A stretch of DNA of 64,000 nucleotides from Antedon mediterranea (lineage: Eukaryota; Animalia; Echinodermata), in the NCBI RefSeq assembly GCF_964355755.1, contig NC_092680.1:11098001-11162000 (forward strand), read 5' to 3'. Numbering within the stretch: the first letter of the stretch is position 1; each line of letters begins with the position of its first letter. A program made the position numbers and the translations under genes. This document shows, piece after piece, positions 62,101 to 64,000 of this stretch. The notes under the pieces were generated by a model. It was given only the letters and a program-made list of their open reading frames with translations, was not told where the DNA came from and searched no databases.

Positions 62101-64000
62101 CACTTTGATGATTTTGTGTAACCAAGTTTCATCGAAATGTACAAAATGGTCTAAAACGTCTCCAAATGCGATTTGAAGCTATTCTAAGTACTTTTGTGTT
62201 TTTATGTTAACAAGTTTTTTCGAAAATCACAAAATGGTCTAAAACGTCTTCAAATGCGATTTGAAGCTATTCTGTACACTTTGATGTTTTGTGTGAAAAA
62301 GTTTTGTCGAAATGCTCAAAATGGTCAAAAATGGTTTCTAATGTGATTTTAAGCACAAGCACTTTGGTGTTTTTATGTTAACAAGTTTTTTCGAAAATCA
62401 CAAAATGGTCTAAAACGTCTCCAAATGCGATTTGAAGATATTCTGAGCACTTTGGTGTTTTTATGTTAAAAAGTTTTTTCGAAAATCACAAAATGGTCTA
62501 AAACGTCTCAAAATGCGATTTGAAGCTAATCTGTACACTTTGATGTTTTGTGTGAAAAAGTTTTGTCGAAATGCTCAAAATGGTCTAAAACGTTTTTAAA
62601 TACGATATTAAGCTATTTTGTGCTCTTTGATGTTTTTGTGTAACCAAGTTTCATCGAAAATCACAAAATGGTCTAAAACGTCTTCAAATGCGATTTGAAG
62701 CTATTCTGTACACTTTGATGTTTTGTGTGAAAAAGTTTTGTCAAAATGCTCAAAATGGTCTAAAACGTTTTTAAAACGATATTAAGCTATTTTGTGCTCT
62801 TTGATGTTTTTGTGTAACCAAGTTTCATCGAAAATCACAAAATGGTCTAAAACGTCTCCAAATGCGATTTGAAGCTTTTCTAAGCACTTTGGTGTTTTTA
62901 TGTTAACAAGTTTTTTCGAAAATCACGAAATGGTCTAAAATGTCTCCAAATGCGATTTGAAGATATTCTGAGCACTTAGATGTTTTTGTGTGAAAAGTTT
63001 TATCGAAATGCTCAAAATGGTCTAAAACGGTTTCTAATGCGATTTGAAGCTATTCTGTACACTTTGAAGTTTTTTGTGAAAAAGTTTTCTCGAAATGCTC
63101 AAAATGGTCTAAAACGTTTTTATATACCATATTAAGCTATTTTGTGCACTTTTATGTTTTGTGTGAAAAAGTTTTGTCGAAATTCTCAAAATGGTCTAAA
63201 ACGTTTTTAAATACGATATTAAGCTGTTTTGTGCACTTTGATGATTTGTGTGAAAAGTTTTAACGAAATGCTCAAAATGGTCAAAAACGGTTTCTAATGT
63301 GATTTTAAGCACTTTGATGTTTTTGTGTAACCAAGTTTTTTCAAAAATCACAAAATGGTCTAAAACGTCTCCAAATGCGATTTGAAGCTTTTCTAAGCAC
63401 TTTGGTGTTTTTATGTTTACAAGTTTTTTCGAAAATCACAAAATGGTCTAAAACGTCTCCAAATGCGATTTGAAGCTATTCTGTACACTTTGATGTTTTG
63501 TGTGAAAAAGTTTTGTCGAAATGCTCAAAATGGTCTAAAACATTTTTAAATACGATATTAAGCTATTTTGTGATCTTTGATGTTTTTGTGTGAAAAGTTT
63601 TATCGAAATGCTCAAAATGGTCTAAAACGGTTTCTATTGTGATTTTAAGCACTTTGATGATTTTGTGTAACCAAGTTTTATCGAAATGTACAAAATGGTC
63701 TAAAACGTCTCCAAATGCGATTTGAAGCTATTCTAAGTACTTTTGTGTTTTTATGTTAACAAGTTTTTTCGAAAATCACAAAATGGTCTAAAACGTCTTC
63801 AAATGCGATTTGAAGCTATTCTGTACACTTTGATGTTTTGTGTGAAAAAGTTTTGTCAAAATGCTCAAAATGGTCTAAAACGTTTTTAAAACGATATTAA
63901 GCTATTTTGTGCTCTTTGATGTTTTTGTGTAACCAAGTTTCATCGAAAATCACAACATGGTATAAAACGTCTCCAAATGCGATTTGAAGCTTTTCTAAGC
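50180..64000 (+). repeat. Mosaic, more diverged satellite domain
   Basis: Same monomer vocabulary in shorter reshuffled blocks, many singleton substitutions and two out-of-register deletions (59346, 62356). Confidence 0.75.
62920..64000 (+). repeat. Second copy of ~59392-60472 (3,528-bp spacing)
   Basis: Private variant GGTATAAAAC at 60431/63959; GCACT(C/T)AGATG at 59444/62972. Confidence 0.83.

Larger units (their letters stand above)
1..64000 (+). repeat. Tandem satellite DNA array, ~87-bp monomer family (78-88 bp), continuing past both window edges
   Basis: The anchor AAAATGGTCTAAAACG recurs every 78-88 bp throughout (ATGG at 33, 121, 208, 295, 373...). No unique sequence and no inverted segment seen. 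Strand is arbitrary, given as written. Confidence 0.99.

Noticed and set aside
1-64000. CRISPR-like appearance: AATGGTCTAAAAC resembles type II-A repeat ends, and the reverse strand reads GTTTTAGACC
   Set aside because: The intervening sequences are homologous repeats, not unique spacers; no cas genes or leader; the HOR structure is typical of satellite DNA.
1-64000. Tandem tRNA, 5S or snRNA array, or telomeric repeat
   Set aside because: Monomer length is tRNA-like, but there is no cloverleaf or A/B box, T-runs would terminate Pol III, and there is no short G-rich telomere unit.
1-64000. Long repeat-protein gene (29-aa repeat) on either strand
   Set aside because: 88- and 86-bp monomers shift frame and stops are frequent; the ORF track shows nothing above 73 aa and nothing on the minus strand.
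1-64000. Transposon insertion, inversion or unique island
   Set aside because: None seen on reading through; every segment could be assigned to the monomer family in the same orientation.

Overview
The whole 64 kb is one uninterrupted, head-to-tail, AT-rich (about 30% GC, estimated from monomers) tandem satellite array of roughly 750 monomers, all in one orientation, most likely eukaryotic heterochromatin or (peri)centromere. I see no genes, RNA genes, CRISPR array or transposon; the listed ORFs are by-products of satellite variants. Measured from the anchor ATGGTCTAAAAC, monomers fall into four main classes, A (88 bp), B (87), C (87) and D (78), forming a basic 340-bp ABCD higher-order repeat (HOR; base 1 recurs at 341). 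There are two tetramer subfamilies plus chimeric 3-, 5- and 6-mer variants. Above this sit nested duplications (339, 852, 1194, 2394, 3528, 4886, 5137 bp spacing) and a macro-repeat: copy 1 at 1-17563, copy 2 at 17564-36930, and a rearranged copy 3 from 36931. I cannot name the organism or satellite family, and I found no evidence for a novel coding system. What is interesting is the multi-level architecture and the mutational record. All offsets were read by eye from diagnostic variants, so block boundaries are approximate.
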